This document shows positions 36,055 to 46,507 of a stretch of 64,000 nt of DNA, piece by piece. The DNA lies in NCBI GenBank assembly GCA_016180645.1, contig JACPAV010000010.1:1-64000 (forward strand), read 5' to 3'. This stretch comes from Nitrospirota bacterium. GTDB lineage: Bacteria > JACPQY01. The notes under the pieces were generated by a model. It did no database searches, was not told the DNA's origin, and was given only the letters and a program-made list of their open reading frames with translations. The translations under genes were made by a program, and so were the position numbers. Every line of letters begins with the position of its first letter. The first letter of the stretch is position 1.

Positions 36055-36083
36055 TTGACATTCTCGGTATTTAGCCTTAAACT
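36055..36083 (+). promoter_or_regulatory. Sigma70-type promoter for pilM operon
   Basis: TTGACA-N17-TAAACT, 37 nt upstream of the pilM ATG. Confidence 0.6.
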
Positions 36084-36120
36084 CACATGATGGGATGGAA
36101 AAGACAGGACTAGACTATAC

Positions 36121-37200
36121 ATGAGGTTTCTCGGGGGCAGCCAAGGAATGGTAGGTCTCGACATCGGATCGTCGGCCATCAAGCTCGTTCAGGTTACTTC
36201 GAAGCGCGACGGTTACGATCTCCAGAACCTGTCCACGGTTTCGGTCCCTTCCAAAGCGATTGTCGACGAGGCGCTGATGAACTTCTCCGCCTTGGGCGAG
36301 GCCGTGGGAACCTTGGTGAAAGACAAGGCGGTGAAGGCCAGGAAGGCCGCCTGTTCCATTTCGGGGAACGCCGTGATCGCCAAGGTGGTGACCATGCCGG
36401 CCATGGGAAAGGCCGAAATGGACGAGCAGATCCAGTGGGAGGCCGAGCAGCACATTCCGTTCAGCATACAGGATGTCAATCTTGACTATCAGATCCTGGC
36501 GCGCCGGGAGGGTGAGATGTCCATCCTTCTCGTGGCCGCGAAGAAGGAGATCCTGGCCGACTATGAGAAAGTCGTCGCCGAGGCGGGATTGGAGCTGAGC
36601 GTGGTGGATATCGACGCGCTGGCCATGTTCAATTGCTTCTACGCCAATCACTACCTGGCGAACAAGGCGGAGTTCGCCCACGGACTGGTGGCCCTCGTGA
36701 ACGTGGGGGCGTCGATGACGAACATCCTGATGGTGCGGGACGGCGTACCGACGTTTCTTCGGGACGTGCCCACCGGCGGCAACATCGTGACGACGGAAAT
36801 TCAGAAGGGCCTCCAGCTCAGTTTCGAGGAGGCGGAAGCGGTGAAGACGGGGCAGACGCCCGTCCAGGCGGCCCAGCAGAGCCGGCTCGATCAGGTTTTG
36901 TCCTCGGCGCTTTCGGGCATCGTGGGCGAAATTCAGCGGACGGCCGATTTCTACCTTGGCACGGCCGGGGAGGAAACCATCGGGCGCTACCTCGTGACCG
37001 GCGGAACCACCCGCGCGCCGGGGATGTTCGATCTTCTCCGTGAAAAGCTGGGGGTTGAGGTCGAGCCCCTCAATCCCTTCCAACGGGTCCACGCGGACAA
37101 CGCGAGATTTTCCCACGAGGTGCTGGATGGGCTTGCCGCGGTCAGTTCCATCGGCCTCGGTCTGGCCCTCCGCCAGTCCCAGGACGCATTCAAGAAGTAA
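36121..37200 (+). CDS. pilM: Type IV pilus assembly protein PilM
   Basis: VGLDIGSSAIKLV, IQWEAEQHIPF, LVNVGASMTN; first gene of the MNOPQ operon. Confidence 0.95.
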   Translation: MRFLGGSQGMVGLDIGSSAIKLVQVTSKRDGYDLQNLSTVSVPSKAIVDEALMNFSALGEAVGTLVKDKAVKARKAACSISGNAVIAKVVTMPAMGKAEMDEQIQWEAEQHIPFSIQDVNLDYQILARREGEMSILLVAAKKEILADYEKVVAEAGLELSVVDIDALAMFNCFYANHYLANKAEFAHGLVALVNVGASMTNILMVRDGVPTFLRDVPTGGNIVTTEIQKGLQLSFEEAEAVKTGQTPVQAAQQSRLDQVLSSALSGIVGEIQRTADFYLGTAGEETIGRYLVTGGTTRAPGMFDLLREKLGVEVEPLNPFQRVHADNARFSHEVLDGLAAVSSIGLGLALRQSQDAFKK

Positions 37201-37204
37201 CGCC

Positions 37205-37849
37205 ATGATGATCAAGATCAACCTTCTTCCCTACCGCGTGATCAAGCGGAAGACGGAGGTCCGCTATGTGGTCCTTGTCCTGCTCGTTTCCTTGATGGCG
37301 GCGGGTGGACTCATGGTCATGTTGGAGTCGTGGGTGGTGGTCCGCGCCCGGGGCCTCCAGAAGGAGATCGTTCTTGCGGAGGCGGAAGAGGCCCGGCTGG
37401 CGAAAATCCGGGTGGAGGTCGATGAATTCAAACGCGTGGAGGCGGATCTCCAGCAAAGACTGAACGTACTGACTCAATTGCGGCAGAGCCGCACCGGCCC
37501 CGCCCGCTTCCTCGACGATCTGGCCGCCAGCACGCCGGAGCGACTTTGGGTGGAGCAATTCTCGGAGTCGGAAATCGCGCCGCCCCCTCCGCCGGCACCC
37601 CCTCCAGGACAAGCGGAGGGTCAGGCCCAGCAAGCACCACCGCCCCCGCCGCCTCAACGGATTTTCCACGTGCAGGGCAAAACGATCGATTACAAGTCCA
37701 TCGCGGAATTCATGATCAACTTGAAGAACAGCGAATCGTTCGAGGAAGTGGAGTTGGAGGAGGTCCAGGAGGAGCAGCAGGACAAGGGCGGGAAGTATCT
37801 CAAGTTCTCTCTCCGGGGCGTGATCGTGAAAGTGAGCGCGGAGCTGTAG
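37205..37849 (+). CDS. pilN: Type IV pilus assembly protein PilN
   Basis: MMIKINLLP motif, TM helix, coiled coil, PERLW. Confidence 0.93.
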   Translation: MMIKINLLPYRVIKRKTEVRYVVLVLLVSLMAAGGLMVMLESWVVVRARGLQKEIVLAEAEEARLAKIRVEVDEFKRVEADLQQRLNVLTQLRQSRTGPARFLDDLAASTPERLWVEQFSESEIAPPPPPAPPPGQAEGQAQQAPPPPPPQRIFHVQGKTIDYKSIAEFMINLKNSESFEEVELEEVQEEQQDKGGKYLKFSLRGVIVKVSAEL

Positions 37850-38523
37850 TGGCGGCCAAGGTCGATCTTCGGGTGCAGTTTTTTCGCCTGCCCGGTCCGG
37901 CTCGGTATGGTTTGGCGGCTTCGGTATCGGTGATCGCCTTCGCCATTTTCTACTTTTCCGTTTTCATGGGTCAGCAGGGGAAGATACGCAACCTCCAGGC
38001 GGTGCTCGCTCAGAAGCAGCAGGCGAATCTCATGAACCGGCATGTCGAGCAGGAGCTTCCCCGGCTCAAACAGGTGGTCAAGGATCTGGAGGCGCAGATC
38101 AATGCAGGGCTGGCCGAGCTTCCCAACGAGAAGGAAGTTCCTCAATTGATTAAGGACCTCGAGAATCTGGCGCTCAAGCTCCGCATGAAGGTCTTTTACA
38201 TGAAACTTCAGAATGAAGTGGCGAAAGGATTCTATGCGGAGGTCCCCGTGGAGGTGAAGATCCGCGGCGCCTATCACAACACGGCAATCTTCTTCGACGA
38301 GATCAGCCGGTTTGCCAGAATCATCAGCATGACGAACATTCAGATCGGGCAGGTGACGAAGGACAAGGAAGGGAGTCCGCTCGTCACGACGTCTTGCCAG
38401 GCCACGACGTTTCGGTATCTGCCAAGCACCTTGCCCCAGGCGCCGGGTACGCCTTCAGGCGCGGGAGGGGGCGACCCAACTCCGAGTGCAGGGAAGCACG
38501 ACAGTGGCTCACAAGAGTTATAG
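37849..38523 (+). CDS. pilO: Type IV pilus assembly protein PilO
   Basis: LPNEKEVPQLI, FYAEVPV, GAYHNTAIFFDEI, ATTFRY. Confidence 0.93.
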   Translation: MAAKVDLRVQFFRLPGPARYGLAASVSVIAFAIFYFSVFMGQQGKIRNLQAVLAQKQQANLMNRHVEQELPRLKQVVKDLEAQINAGLAELPNEKEVPQLIKDLENLALKLRMKVFYMKLQNEVAKGFYAEVPVEVKIRGAYHNTAIFFDEISRFARIISMTNIQIGQVTKDKEGSPLVTTSCQATTFRYLPSTLPQAPGTPSGAGGGDPTPSAGKHDSGSQEL

Positions 38524-38989
38524 CCCGGCGCTCCCCATCCTGGTCCTTCTCGGCCTCGTGCTGGGTTCGTGCAAGGGGAAACAGCCGCCCGCGCCGGTCA
38601 TGGCTCCCTCTCAGGCCGCCCGACCGCCCGAACTGCGCGAGGAAACTCCGAATGCGGTGAAACGGAGATACCGGTATGTTCCTGAAAATAAGCGTGATCC
38701 ATTCCGGACGTACGTCGAGGCGGCTGAAGTGGTGGGGGCGCGGGATTGCGGCCTGAAGTATCCACGCGAGAATTTCAAGTTGGTCGGCATCATGTGGGGC
38801 GATGTCGCTATAGCGGCGTTTGAAGATGAAGCCGGCGAGGGCTGCTTTCTAAGGGTGGGAGACCGACTGGGAAAGGAGAAAACAGTCATCAGAGAAATCC
38901 TGTTCGATCACGTCGTCGTGGTCGAAAAGCCTCTGGGAATTGGACCGGAAATCTCTCATGAGATGTGGCTCAATGAAGCGGCGAAGTAG
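38504..38989 (+). CDS. pilP: Type IV pilus lipoprotein PilP
   Basis: Lipobox LGS/C, YxPxxKRDPF, KLVGIMWG. Confidence 0.9.
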   Translation: MAHKSYSPALPILVLLGLVLGSCKGKQPPAPVMAPSQAARPPELREETPNAVKRRYRYVPENKRDPFRTYVEAAEVVGARDCGLKYPRENFKLVGIMWGDVAIAAFEDEAGEGCFLRVGDRLGKEKTVIREILFDHVVVVEKPLGIGPEISHEMWLNEAAK

Positions 38990-41168
38990 CTTCGTGGCGC
39001 GAGGCGCGTGGCGCGTGGCGCGGGTCCTGGGGTCTTTTCTTTTTACATTCTTATTCACGATTCACGATTCACGACTCACGACTTACGACCCCCACGATGG
39101 GGGAAGTGCCGCGAGAGGGCAGGAGCCCGGAGCGGCCGGCTCACGACTTGCGACTTACGACTTCCGACTCACGACCCCCCCCGCCTGGGCCCAGGACGAA
39201 GATGAGGAGGAACTGGAGGAATTGGACGAGGTGGAAGAGCCTTCCGAACCTGCTCCATCGGCCCCTTCGCCCAAAGCGGAGCCCTCGCCTGGCGGCAAAG
39301 ACAAGACGACGGAGGCCGGTGAAACTCCGGGCGGCGGTGATGAGGAGGCCGATGAGGACGAGGAGTTGGAGGAAGTCGAGGAGGATGCCTCCGGTCGGGC
39401 GAAAACGCCCGCTCCGGTCGGATTGAACGTGGACAGGATTGACTTCAAGAAAGAAGAGGGGTGGGCGCGCATCGTGGTGACCTGCTCGGCCCCCGTCACG
39501 TACCAGACGTCCCAGATCGAGGCGAAGGCGGTGGCTCTCGATATCCAGGGAGCGATGCTTAAGCCGGACCTCCAAAGGATTCTTGACGTCACCGCGTTTC
39601 AGAGCGTGGTGCATGCCATCGTACCGACTCAATTGCAGGGCGCGCCGAATCCAGTGGTTAGGGTCTTGGCCTCTCTGATGCAGCCGGCGGCGTTTCAAGT
39701 CGATGCGAAGGGAAGAACGCTCCTGTTCTCCTTCAAGGAGCCACCGGGAGGGGTCGCGCCCGGGCCGGCCCAACTGGCCGGGGAGATCAACATCACCGAG
39801 GAGTCGTCGGATCGCCGGAAAGTTTTTACGGGTCCCCGGATTTCCCTCGATTTCAAGGAGATCGATATCGACAACGTTCTCCGGCTCCTGGCGGATGTCA
39901 CCGGGATCAACATTGTGGCCGACGATGACGTGCAGGGGAAAATTACCATCAAGCTGAGCGACGTTCCGGCGGACCAGGCGCTGGATGTGGTGCTCGAGAC
40001 GAAGGGGCTTGGGCGCGTGGAGATCGGCGATCGAATCTTCCGGATCGCGCTAAAGACGCGTCTCGCGGAGGAGATGTCGAAGAAGGTGGAGGCCAAGAAA
40101 GCGGAAGAGAAGGCGGAGCCGTTGGTGACGAAAGTAGTGGCGGTGAATTATGCTTCGGCAGCTGAATTCGAAGGATTGATCAAGGACTCCATCCTGACGG
40201 AACGCGGCAAGATCAAGGTCGACACTCGTTCCAACACGATTGTCGTCAAGGATGTGAACAAGGCCGTCGCCGAGGCGATCACCCTTGTTCGTCGGCTGGA
40301 CATCCAGACCCCCCAAGTGCTGATCGACACCAAGATTGTCGAGGCGACCACCAATTTCCTTCGCACCGTCGGCGCCCAACTGGGCGCCACTTTGAATCTG
40401 GATCAGGCGCGGGGGGTGGCGATGGGTCCGGTAACGGCGGCTCAAGTGGGAGGCGCGGGGGTGACTGGGACGACGGTCCCTTCCCTGAACAACAACTTTC
40501 TGGTGGACTTTCCGGCTGGAGAAATCGGCGCCGGTCGGGGCAGTGGGATAGGGCTTTCGCTGGGCACACTGGGAAACTTTGCCACGGTCAACTTCATTCT
40601 GTCGGCACTGAAGGAATCGGGTGAAGGCAGGGTCGTGGCCAGCCCTCGCGTGACCAGCCTGGACAACAAGGAGGCCATGATTCTTCAGGGCGAAGCGATC
40701 CATATCTTGACCGTGACGGCCCAAGGCTCCGCCGTGCAGGAAATCGAGGCGGTGCTCCGTCTTAGGGTCACACCCCACATCACAACGGATGGAAGTGTTT
40801 ATCTCAAGATCAAGCTGGAACGGAACGAAGCCGATTTCAGTCGACTGGTGGCGGGAATCCCCAACATCATCAGGCGTGAGGCCGAAGCGGAGCTTCTCGT
40901 CCGGAACGGCGAAACGGTGGTCATAGGGGGTGTACATACGCGGATCGCGCGGAAGGCGAAATCCGGCGTCCCCATCTTGTCCGACATTCCAATCATCGGT
41001 ATGCTGTTTAGAAACAGTCAGAGAAGGGAGTCGTCGGATGAACTGGTGATGTTCCTGACTCCGCGAGTGCTCAATTTGCAGAATATCGAAGCTGTCGAGA
41101 CCATCGCCGAGCAGTCGGAAGAGGAGGCACTGAAGGAAATGAAGAAAGACGTCAGCATGGCCAGATAG
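38973..41168 (+). CDS. pilQ: Type IV pilus secretin PilQ (acidic linker, AMIN-like domain, secretin core)
   Basis: [66 protein letters not shown]. Confidence 0.95.
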   Translation: MKRRSSFVARGAWRVARVLGSFLFTFLFTIHDSRLTTYDPHDGGSAARGQEPGAAGSRLATYDFRLTTPPAWAQDEDEEELEELDEVEEPSEPAPSAPSPKAEPSPGGKDKTTEAGETPGGGDEEADEDEELEEVEEDASGRAKTPAPVGLNVDRIDFKKEEGWARIVVTCSAPVTYQTSQIEAKAVALDIQGAMLKPDLQRILDVTAFQSVVHAIVPTQLQGAPNPVVRVLASLMQPAAFQVDAKGRTLLFSFKEPPGGVAPGPAQLAGEINITEESSDRRKVFTGPRISLDFKEIDIDNVLRLLADVTGINIVADDDVQGKITIKLSDVPADQALDVVLETKGLGRVEIGDRIFRIALKTRLAEEMSKKVEAKKAEEKAEPLVTKVVAVNYASAAEFEGLIKDSILTERGKIKVDTRSNTIVVKDVNKAVAEAITLVRRLDIQTPQVLIDTKIVEATTNFLRTVGAQLGATLNLDQARGVAMGPVTAAQVGGAGVTGTTVPSLNNNFLVDFPAGEIGAGRGSGIGLSLGTLGNFATVNFILSALKESGEGRVVASPRVTSLDNKEAMILQGEAIHILTVTAQGSAVQEIEAVLRLRVTPHITTDGSVYLKIKLERNEADFSRLVAGIPNIIRREAEAELLVRNGETVVIGGVHTRIARKAKSGVPILSDIPIIGMLFRNSQRRESSDELVMFLTPRVLNLQNIEAVETIAEQSEEEALKEMKKDVSMAR
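38993..39175. repeat. Composite heptamer arrays (CGTGGCG)x4 and (TCACGAY)n in the pilQ signal sequence
   Basis: Left arm 38993-39020; right arms 39055-39088 and 39141-39175. Confidence 0.9.
39085..39146. repeat. 62-bp REP/MITE-like double-hairpin element, copy 1
   Basis: 58/62 identical to 49431-49492; hairpins CCCCC-N5-GGGGG and GGGC-AGGA-GCCC. Confidence 0.9.
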
Positions 41169-41169
41169 C

Positions 41170-42336
41170 ATGTTGCGATATCTGACCGCCGGCGAATCCC
41201 ACGGCCCTCAGGTGACGGCCATTCTGGAGGGGCTCCCCGCGGGACTGCGCCTTTCGCGGGAGGATATCGATGCGCAGTTGACTCGGAGGCAGGGAGGGTA
41301 CGGTCGGGGGGGCAGGATGAAAATCGAAACCGATCGCGTCGACATGGTTTCCGGCCTCCGGTTCGGAGAAACCCTCGGCGGCCCGCTCACCATGGTCGTA
41401 CGCAATAAGGATTGGGAGAACTGGAAAAGGGAGATGGACCCCTTCGAGGGCCCGCCTGAGAGTCACAAGCCGTTCACCCGGCCAAGGCCGGGGCACGCGG
41501 ATCTGGTCGGCGGCCTCAAGTATGCTCATGAAGACCTTCGAAACGTGCTGGAGAGGGCCTCGGCCAGGGAGACAACCGCTCGCGTGGCCGTGGGCGCGGT
41601 ATGCCGGCGGCTGCTTCACGAATTCGGCATCCGGTTCCTGAGCTATGTACGCGAAATCGGCGGGATAACCGTTGAGACCGGCGACCTGCCCTTTGATGAA
41701 AAGTCCGATCTGTCCGATCGATCGGATCTCCGTGTCTTCGACCCCGATGCCGAGGCGCGCATGAAAAAGAAAATCGACGAGGCACGAAAACGAGGTGAAA
41801 CGCTCGGAGGGGTTTTCGAAGTTGTCGGCTTGGGAATCCCGCCGGGGCTGGGGAGTTTCGTCCAATGGGACCGGAAGCTGGACGGCCGGTTGGCCCGGGC
41901 ACTCATGAGCATCCAGGCCATCAAGGGTGTGGAAGTGGGAATAGGATTCGAGGCGGCTCGCTTGCCGGGTTCGGAAGCCCACGACGAAATCTTCTATGAG
42001 AAGGCTTCGACATGGGGATTCTATCGGAAGACGAACCGAGCGGGTGGTCTTGAAGGGGGCATGACCACCGGCGATGCGCTGGTTGTCCGAGCAGCCATGA
42101 AACCTCTATCAACCCTGATGAAGCCGCTTCAGAGTGTGGACATTCGAACGAAGGAGCCGTTCATCGCTCAAGTCGAGCGGTCGGATGTGTGTGCGGTCCC
42201 GGCTGCCGGTGTGGTGGGCGAGGCGGTGGTTGCTTTCGAAATTTGCGAAGTATTCTTGGAGAAATTTGGGGGCGACAGCCTGGAAGAGACCCGGCGCAAC
42301 TATGAGGGGTACGTTCGCCAGGTGAAAGAGAGGTGA
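41170..42336 (+). CDS. aroC: Chorismate synthase
   Basis: [41 protein letters not shown]. Confidence 0.98.
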   Translation: MLRYLTAGESHGPQVTAILEGLPAGLRLSREDIDAQLTRRQGGYGRGGRMKIETDRVDMVSGLRFGETLGGPLTMVVRNKDWENWKREMDPFEGPPESHKPFTRPRPGHADLVGGLKYAHEDLRNVLERASARETTARVAVGAVCRRLLHEFGIRFLSYVREIGGITVETGDLPFDEKSDLSDRSDLRVFDPDAEARMKKKIDEARKRGETLGGVFEVVGLGIPPGLGSFVQWDRKLDGRLARALMSIQAIKGVEVGIGFEAARLPGSEAHDEIFYEKASTWGFYRKTNRAGGLEGGMTTGDALVVRAAMKPLSTLMKPLQSVDIRTKEPFIAQVERSDVCAVPAAGVVGEAVVAFEICEVFLEKFGGDSLEETRRNYEGYVRQVKER

Positions 42337-43091
42337 CCGCGGTGGACAAGACAATCTCACGATTCTGTTTCGGCTTGACCGCGCTTGCGGCGGGTGCTTG
42401 TACGGAAGTGATGGGTCCGCCGGACATGGTGCTGGAGGCTGATTCGGTGCAGGTGTCCGATGCGGAAGGGGATCAAGTTTCCTCCGGGGGCTTTGCGTTC
42501 TATGATGGCTGGAGCTACGTCGTAAACGTTCTGGCCTATAGGATCGTGGAGGAGCAGGATGCTCGAAAAGAGCCGGTTCCGACCATTAATCGTGACGGCG
42601 CTCGCATCCAAGTCCTTCCGGGTGTGCTCGTGGATCTCCACATGGACTATTTTTTCGTTTCGGATTGCACGCTTTTCCCCGCCGCGTCCTCCCTTCGCCA
42701 AGACGAGGAATACTGGCAGCTCTCTCAGGTCGGGGTCCAGAGCAAGGACTGCGCCATCCTGCTCCCCGCCGATCAGCTCGAGGCTCAGAAGAAGGGGGGC
42801 GCGTTGCCGGAATGCCTCCTGATGGGCATCGGGCCGGAGGACAACGGCAAGGTGGTCCTCGCGCGCACGGGACCCAACGGTCGGTTGATCCTGAAAATGC
42901 GATTTACAGACCCCGACCCGGACACCGATATTCAGGCGTTCTTTATGAAACTTCTCGCCATCTCCGGAGGCGCCTCGATGGCCTTCCAAATCCCCACGGA
43001 GGCCGGCAACGTCTGCGGTCAGACCGGCGGCGGGCTCGCACCGCCGCGGCTGCCTAGCTTCTTCCGGCGGCCTCCACCCCGGCTGAGATAG
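42333..43091 (+). CDS. Hypothetical lipoprotein
   Basis: GTGA overlap with aroC; LAAGA/C lipobox-like signal. Confidence 0.7.
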   Translation: MTAVDKTISRFCFGLTALAAGACTEVMGPPDMVLEADSVQVSDAEGDQVSSGGFAFYDGWSYVVNVLAYRIVEEQDARKEPVPTINRDGARIQVLPGVLVDLHMDYFFVSDCTLFPAASSLRQDEEYWQLSQVGVQSKDCAILLPADQLEAQKKGGALPECLLMGIGPEDNGKVVLARTGPNGRLILKMRFTDPDPDTDIQAFFMKLLAISGGASMAFQIPTEAGNVCGQTGGGLAPPRLPSFFRRPPPRLR

Positions 43092-43123
43092 CGTAAACAA
43101 GTCGAACAGCGTAGGCTGGCGCC

Positions 43124-43795
43124 GTGGAAATCCGCGCTGTATCTTTGTGCAAGTCTTTCCGTCACAAGACAGGTGTAATCGAGGTCCTCAAGGGTCTCGA
43201 TCTGTCGGTGGGCCAGGCGCAGGCCGTGGCCATCATGGGAGCCTCAGGGGCGGGGAAGAGCACGCTCCTTCATATTCTCGGTACGCTGGATCACCCCACC
43301 TCCGGAACGGTGACCTACGATGGCTTGGAGCTGAATGGCCGAAATGGCCAGGATCTGACCCGGTTCCGCAACGAAAATATCGGATTCGTATTCCAAGCCT
43401 TCTTCCTCCTCCCCGAATTTACGGCCCGGGAAAACGTGATGATGCCGGCATTGATCCGGGGCATGACTCCCGCGGAGGCGCAATCCACGGCGGAGGAGAT
43501 CCTGCGGGCGGTCGGTCTCGAAAACAGGTCTCGACACAGGCCGGGCGAGCTTTCAGGCGGCGAGCAACAACGGGTGGCCATCGCGCGTGCGCTGATCCTG
43601 AAACCGCGGATTCTCCTGGCCGATGAACCGACGGGGAATCTCGATCAGAACACGGGGGCTGAAATCTTCGAGCTGCTGCGGAAACTCCAGCACGACGGCG
43701 GGATGACGCTCATCATGGCCACTCACAATCTCCACCTTTCGGCCAGGATGGACGTGGCTTACCGGCTGGAGGGCGGCAAGCTTCAGCCCGCCTGA
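43124..43795 (+). CDS. lolD: ABC transporter ATP-binding protein, LolD-type
   Basis: GASGAGKST, FRNENIGFVFQ, LSGGEQQRVAIARAL, LADEPTGNLD; no permease gene adjacent. Confidence 0.8.
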   Translation: MEIRAVSLCKSFRHKTGVIEVLKGLDLSVGQAQAVAIMGASGAGKSTLLHILGTLDHPTSGTVTYDGLELNGRNGQDLTRFRNENIGFVFQAFFLLPEFTARENVMMPALIRGMTPAEAQSTAEEILRAVGLENRSRHRPGELSGGEQQRVAIARALILKPRILLADEPTGNLDQNTGAEIFELLRKLQHDGGMTLIMATHNLHLSARMDVAYRLEGGKLQPA

Positions 43796-43893
43796 TCAGC
43801 GGTCGGGGGTCGGCGTTCAGAGGTCCGGAACCAGGAACCAGGAACCAGGAACCAGGAACCAGGAACCAGGAACCAGGAACTAGGAACTAGGAA
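43796..43893. repeat. 14-unit phase-continuous heptamer array (TCRGNGG-like units switching to CCAGGAA)
   Basis: Units start every 7 nt from 43796; 7x CCAGGAA and 2x CTAGGAA at the 3' end. Confidence 0.95.
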
Positions 43894-43917
43894 CCTTCCC
43901 ACGTATACTTTCCAGCC

Positions 43918-45012
43918 ATGCTGAAGGAACGTATCGCCGTGCTCATGAGCGGCGGAGTCGACAGCTCCGTCGCCGCCGCCCTGCTCAAGGAACAGGGACA
44001 TGACCCTATCGGCCTCACCTACAACATCGGTCCCTCGCGAGTTCACGGAATCGCGGGTTCACGGGATCACGGTTCACGCTGCTGCGGCATGGACGACATG
44101 ACCGATGCCGCGACCATCGCATCCCAACTTGGAATTCCCCACTATGTCCTCAATGTCCGGGATTCGTTCGCGCGCGGGGTCATCGGAGATTTCGTCGAGA
44201 GCTACCTGAAGGGCGAAACTCCGCTGCCCTGCGCCCACTGCAACACGCGGGTGAAGTGGGGAGAAATGGCCGATCGGGCCAGGGAGATGGGGGCGAGCCG
44301 CATGGCCACGGGGCACTATGCAAAAGTCGATTGGGATGCGTCGCGAGGCCGGCACGTATTGAAGCGGGCCATGGATCTTGAGAAGGATCAGTCCTACTTT
44401 CTTTTCGGCCTCAGCCAGGAGCAACTTGCGTCCGCGATCTTTCCGCTTGGGGACCTCACCAAGCCCGAAGTTCGTGAGCGCGCCGAGGCGTTGGGGTTGG
44501 TCGTCTCCGACAAGAAGGACAGCCAGGAGCTTTGCTTCGTTTCCTCCGGCCACTACTCCGAAGTCATTGCGCCTCACGCCTCACGCCTCACGCCTCACGC
44601 CGCCGGAGAGATTGTGGATGTCTCCGGCGCCGTCCTCGGCACTCACGACGGCTTCTTCAAATTCACCGTGGGGCAGCGGCGGGGTCTCGGACTGAACGGC
44701 GGACCTTACTACGTGAAATCCATCGATTCCGCCACGAGGAAGGTCGTGGTCGGCAACGCGGATTCCACATTGACCGACAGCCTGACGGCTCGTGATCCCA
44801 ATCTGATCGGCTACGAGTCTTGGGAGTCAGTGGGGAGGGTTCGCGCCCGAGTTCGATACCGGCACAAAGGCGAATGGGGTTCGGTGCGATGGGACGGCCA
44901 AAGACTGAAGGTGGAGTTTGAAAATCCGGTTCGAGCCGTTGCGCCGGGGCAAGCCGTGGTCTTCTACCGCGAGGATGAAATCGTGGGCGGAGCGTGGATC
45001 ACACCGGGATGA
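43918..45012 (+). CDS. mnmA: tRNA 2-thiouridylase
   Basis: MSGGVDSS, TPLPCAHCN, ATGHYA, KDQSYFL, DSQELCF, GQRRGLG, APGQAVVFY. Confidence 0.97.
   Translation: MLKERIAVLMSGGVDSSVAAALLKEQGHDPIGLTYNIGPSRVHGIAGSRDHGSRCCGMDDMTDAATIASQLGIPHYVLNVRDSFARGVIGDFVESYLKGETPLPCAHCNTRVKWGEMADRAREMGASRMATGHYAKVDWDASRGRHVLKRAMDLEKDQSYFLFGLSQEQLASAIFPLGDLTKPEVRERAEALGLVVSDKKDSQELCFVSSGHYSEVIAPHASRLTPHAAGEIVDVSGAVLGTHDGFFKFTVGQRRGLGLNGGPYYVKSIDSATRKVVVGNADSTLTDSLTARDPNLIGYESWESVGRVRARVRYRHKGEWGSVRWDGQRLKVEFENPVRAVAPGQAVVFYREDEIVGGAWITPG
44571..44601. repeat. (TCACGCC)x4 in frame within mnmA
   Basis: Encodes APHASRLTPHA just before GEIVD. Confidence 0.9.
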
Positions 45013-45114
45013 GCGTTCAGCAGTCAGCGGTCAGCCTTCAGCCCGAAGTCATCTGGAATAGCCACGTGACTATAGTCCTAGAGCTGAAAGCTGATTGCTG
45101 ATGGCTGAAAGCTC
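45010..45114. repeat. Inverted heptamer arrays (TCAGC-type / GCTGA-type) at the mnmA-mtaB junction
   Basis: TCA at 45017, 45024, 45031, 45038; CTG at 45084, 45091, 45098, 45105. Confidence 0.88.
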
Positions 45115-46507
45115 AAACACAACGTTCACCGTCATCTCCATGGGCTGCCGCACGAATTATTCCGATTCCCAGGCGCTCAAGCAGAAACTGGCGGCCGAAG
45201 GGTTGCGATACGTTCCCTTCGCGCCGGGGATCCCTGCCGATCTGTATGTAATCAATACCTGCACCGTGACCTCCCGCGCAGACTTCGATTCGCGGTCATG
45301 GGTTCGCAAGGCGAAGCAGTGGAATCCCGACTCAACTGTTGTGGCCACGGGATGCTATGCGCAAATTCAGAGCGCCAAGCTTCTTGGGGCAGGTGCGGAC
45401 TTGGTGCTCGGCAATCTGGAGAAGGATAGGATTGGAGAGGTTCTGCGCCTCGCTCTGGAGGACAGGCGCCCGGTCGTGAGCGAGAAAATCAGGCGAAAGG
45501 GTATTCCCTTCGCAACGGGGACGTCCGACGACCAGGATCGAACCCGGCCCGTCCTCAAACTCCAGGATGGCTGCGATCAGTGTTGCAGTTTCTGCATCAT
45601 TCCCACCACGCGCGGGCACTCCCGAAGCCTCCCTCCGGACGCGGCGGTCGAGCAGTACAGGAGACTCGTCGGACTGGGCGCCCGGGAAGTGGTTCTCTCG
45701 GGTATCAATCTCTCTTCATATGGAGAGGACCTCGTGCCCCGAACAACGCTCGCGGACCTCCTGAACCGCTTCGAGGGGGAAAAAGATGGCGCCTGGATCC
45801 GCATCAGTTCGATCGAGCCGAGCGGATTGACCGAAGACCTTCTGGCGGTCATCCGGTCGAGCCGAAAAATTTGCCCCCATTTCCACGTGCCGCTTCAGAG
45901 CGGCGATTCGGAAGTGCTCGAGCGAATGAATCGGCCATATTCGATTGAAAAATATGAGGAGAAGATCCGCGCCCTGGCCAATGTCCGGATTGCGGCCCGG
46001 CGGGATGCCGGCCGTACTCTCGACGTTTCCGGTGGACAGGAAGTCCATGATAGCGGTGAGAGTGAAATGTGCATCGGCACGGATGTGATGGTGGGCTTTC
46101 CTGGGGAGTCGGAGGCGCAATTCGAAAACACCCTGCGCGCGGTCGAGGGCCTGCCTTTCGCCTACCTGCACGTGTTTCCCTATTCCGTACGTTCGGGTAC
46201 CAAGGCAGCGAAAATGAAGGGCCTCGTCGACCGGAAAACGCGCCAACGCCGGTCCACAACGATGTCCCGTCTCGGAGATCGGAAGAGAACGGAATTCCTC
46301 CAACGGCAAGTGGGTTTCGTCCATGAAGCATTGGTCGAATCTCGCGGGAAACGGCCAGCAGAGTGGCGGGCCACGACGCGGAACTATATCCGGATGTCCT
46401 TCTCCGGTTCGGGCGATCTGCGAAATCGGATTGTGAAACTTCGGGGGTTGTCCGTTGAGGGCGTGCGTTTGCATGCAGCTATGGTTCATGAGGAATCTGG
46501 CCACTGA
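45101..46507 (+). CDS. mtaB: t6A methylthiotransferase (radical SAM)
   Basis: MGCRTNYSDS, INTCTVT, TGCYAQ, QDGCDQCCSFCIIP, GTDVMVGFPGE, HVFPYS. Confidence 0.92.
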   Translation: MAESSNTTFTVISMGCRTNYSDSQALKQKLAAEGLRYVPFAPGIPADLYVINTCTVTSRADFDSRSWVRKAKQWNPDSTVVATGCYAQIQSAKLLGAGADLVLGNLEKDRIGEVLRLALEDRRPVVSEKIRRKGIPFATGTSDDQDRTRPVLKLQDGCDQCCSFCIIPTTRGHSRSLPPDAAVEQYRRLVGLGAREVVLSGINLSSYGEDLVPRTTLADLLNRFEGEKDGAWIRISSIEPSGLTEDLLAVIRSSRKICPHFHVPLQSGDSEVLERMNRPYSIEKYEEKIRALANVRIAARRDAGRTLDVSGGQEVHDSGESEMCIGTDVMVGFPGESEAQFENTLRAVEGLPFAYLHVFPYSVRSGTKAAKMKGLVDRKTRQRRSTTMSRLGDRKRTEFLQRQVGFVHEALVESRGKRPAEWRATTRNYIRMSFSGSGDLRNRIVKLRGLSVEGVRLHAAMVHEESGH

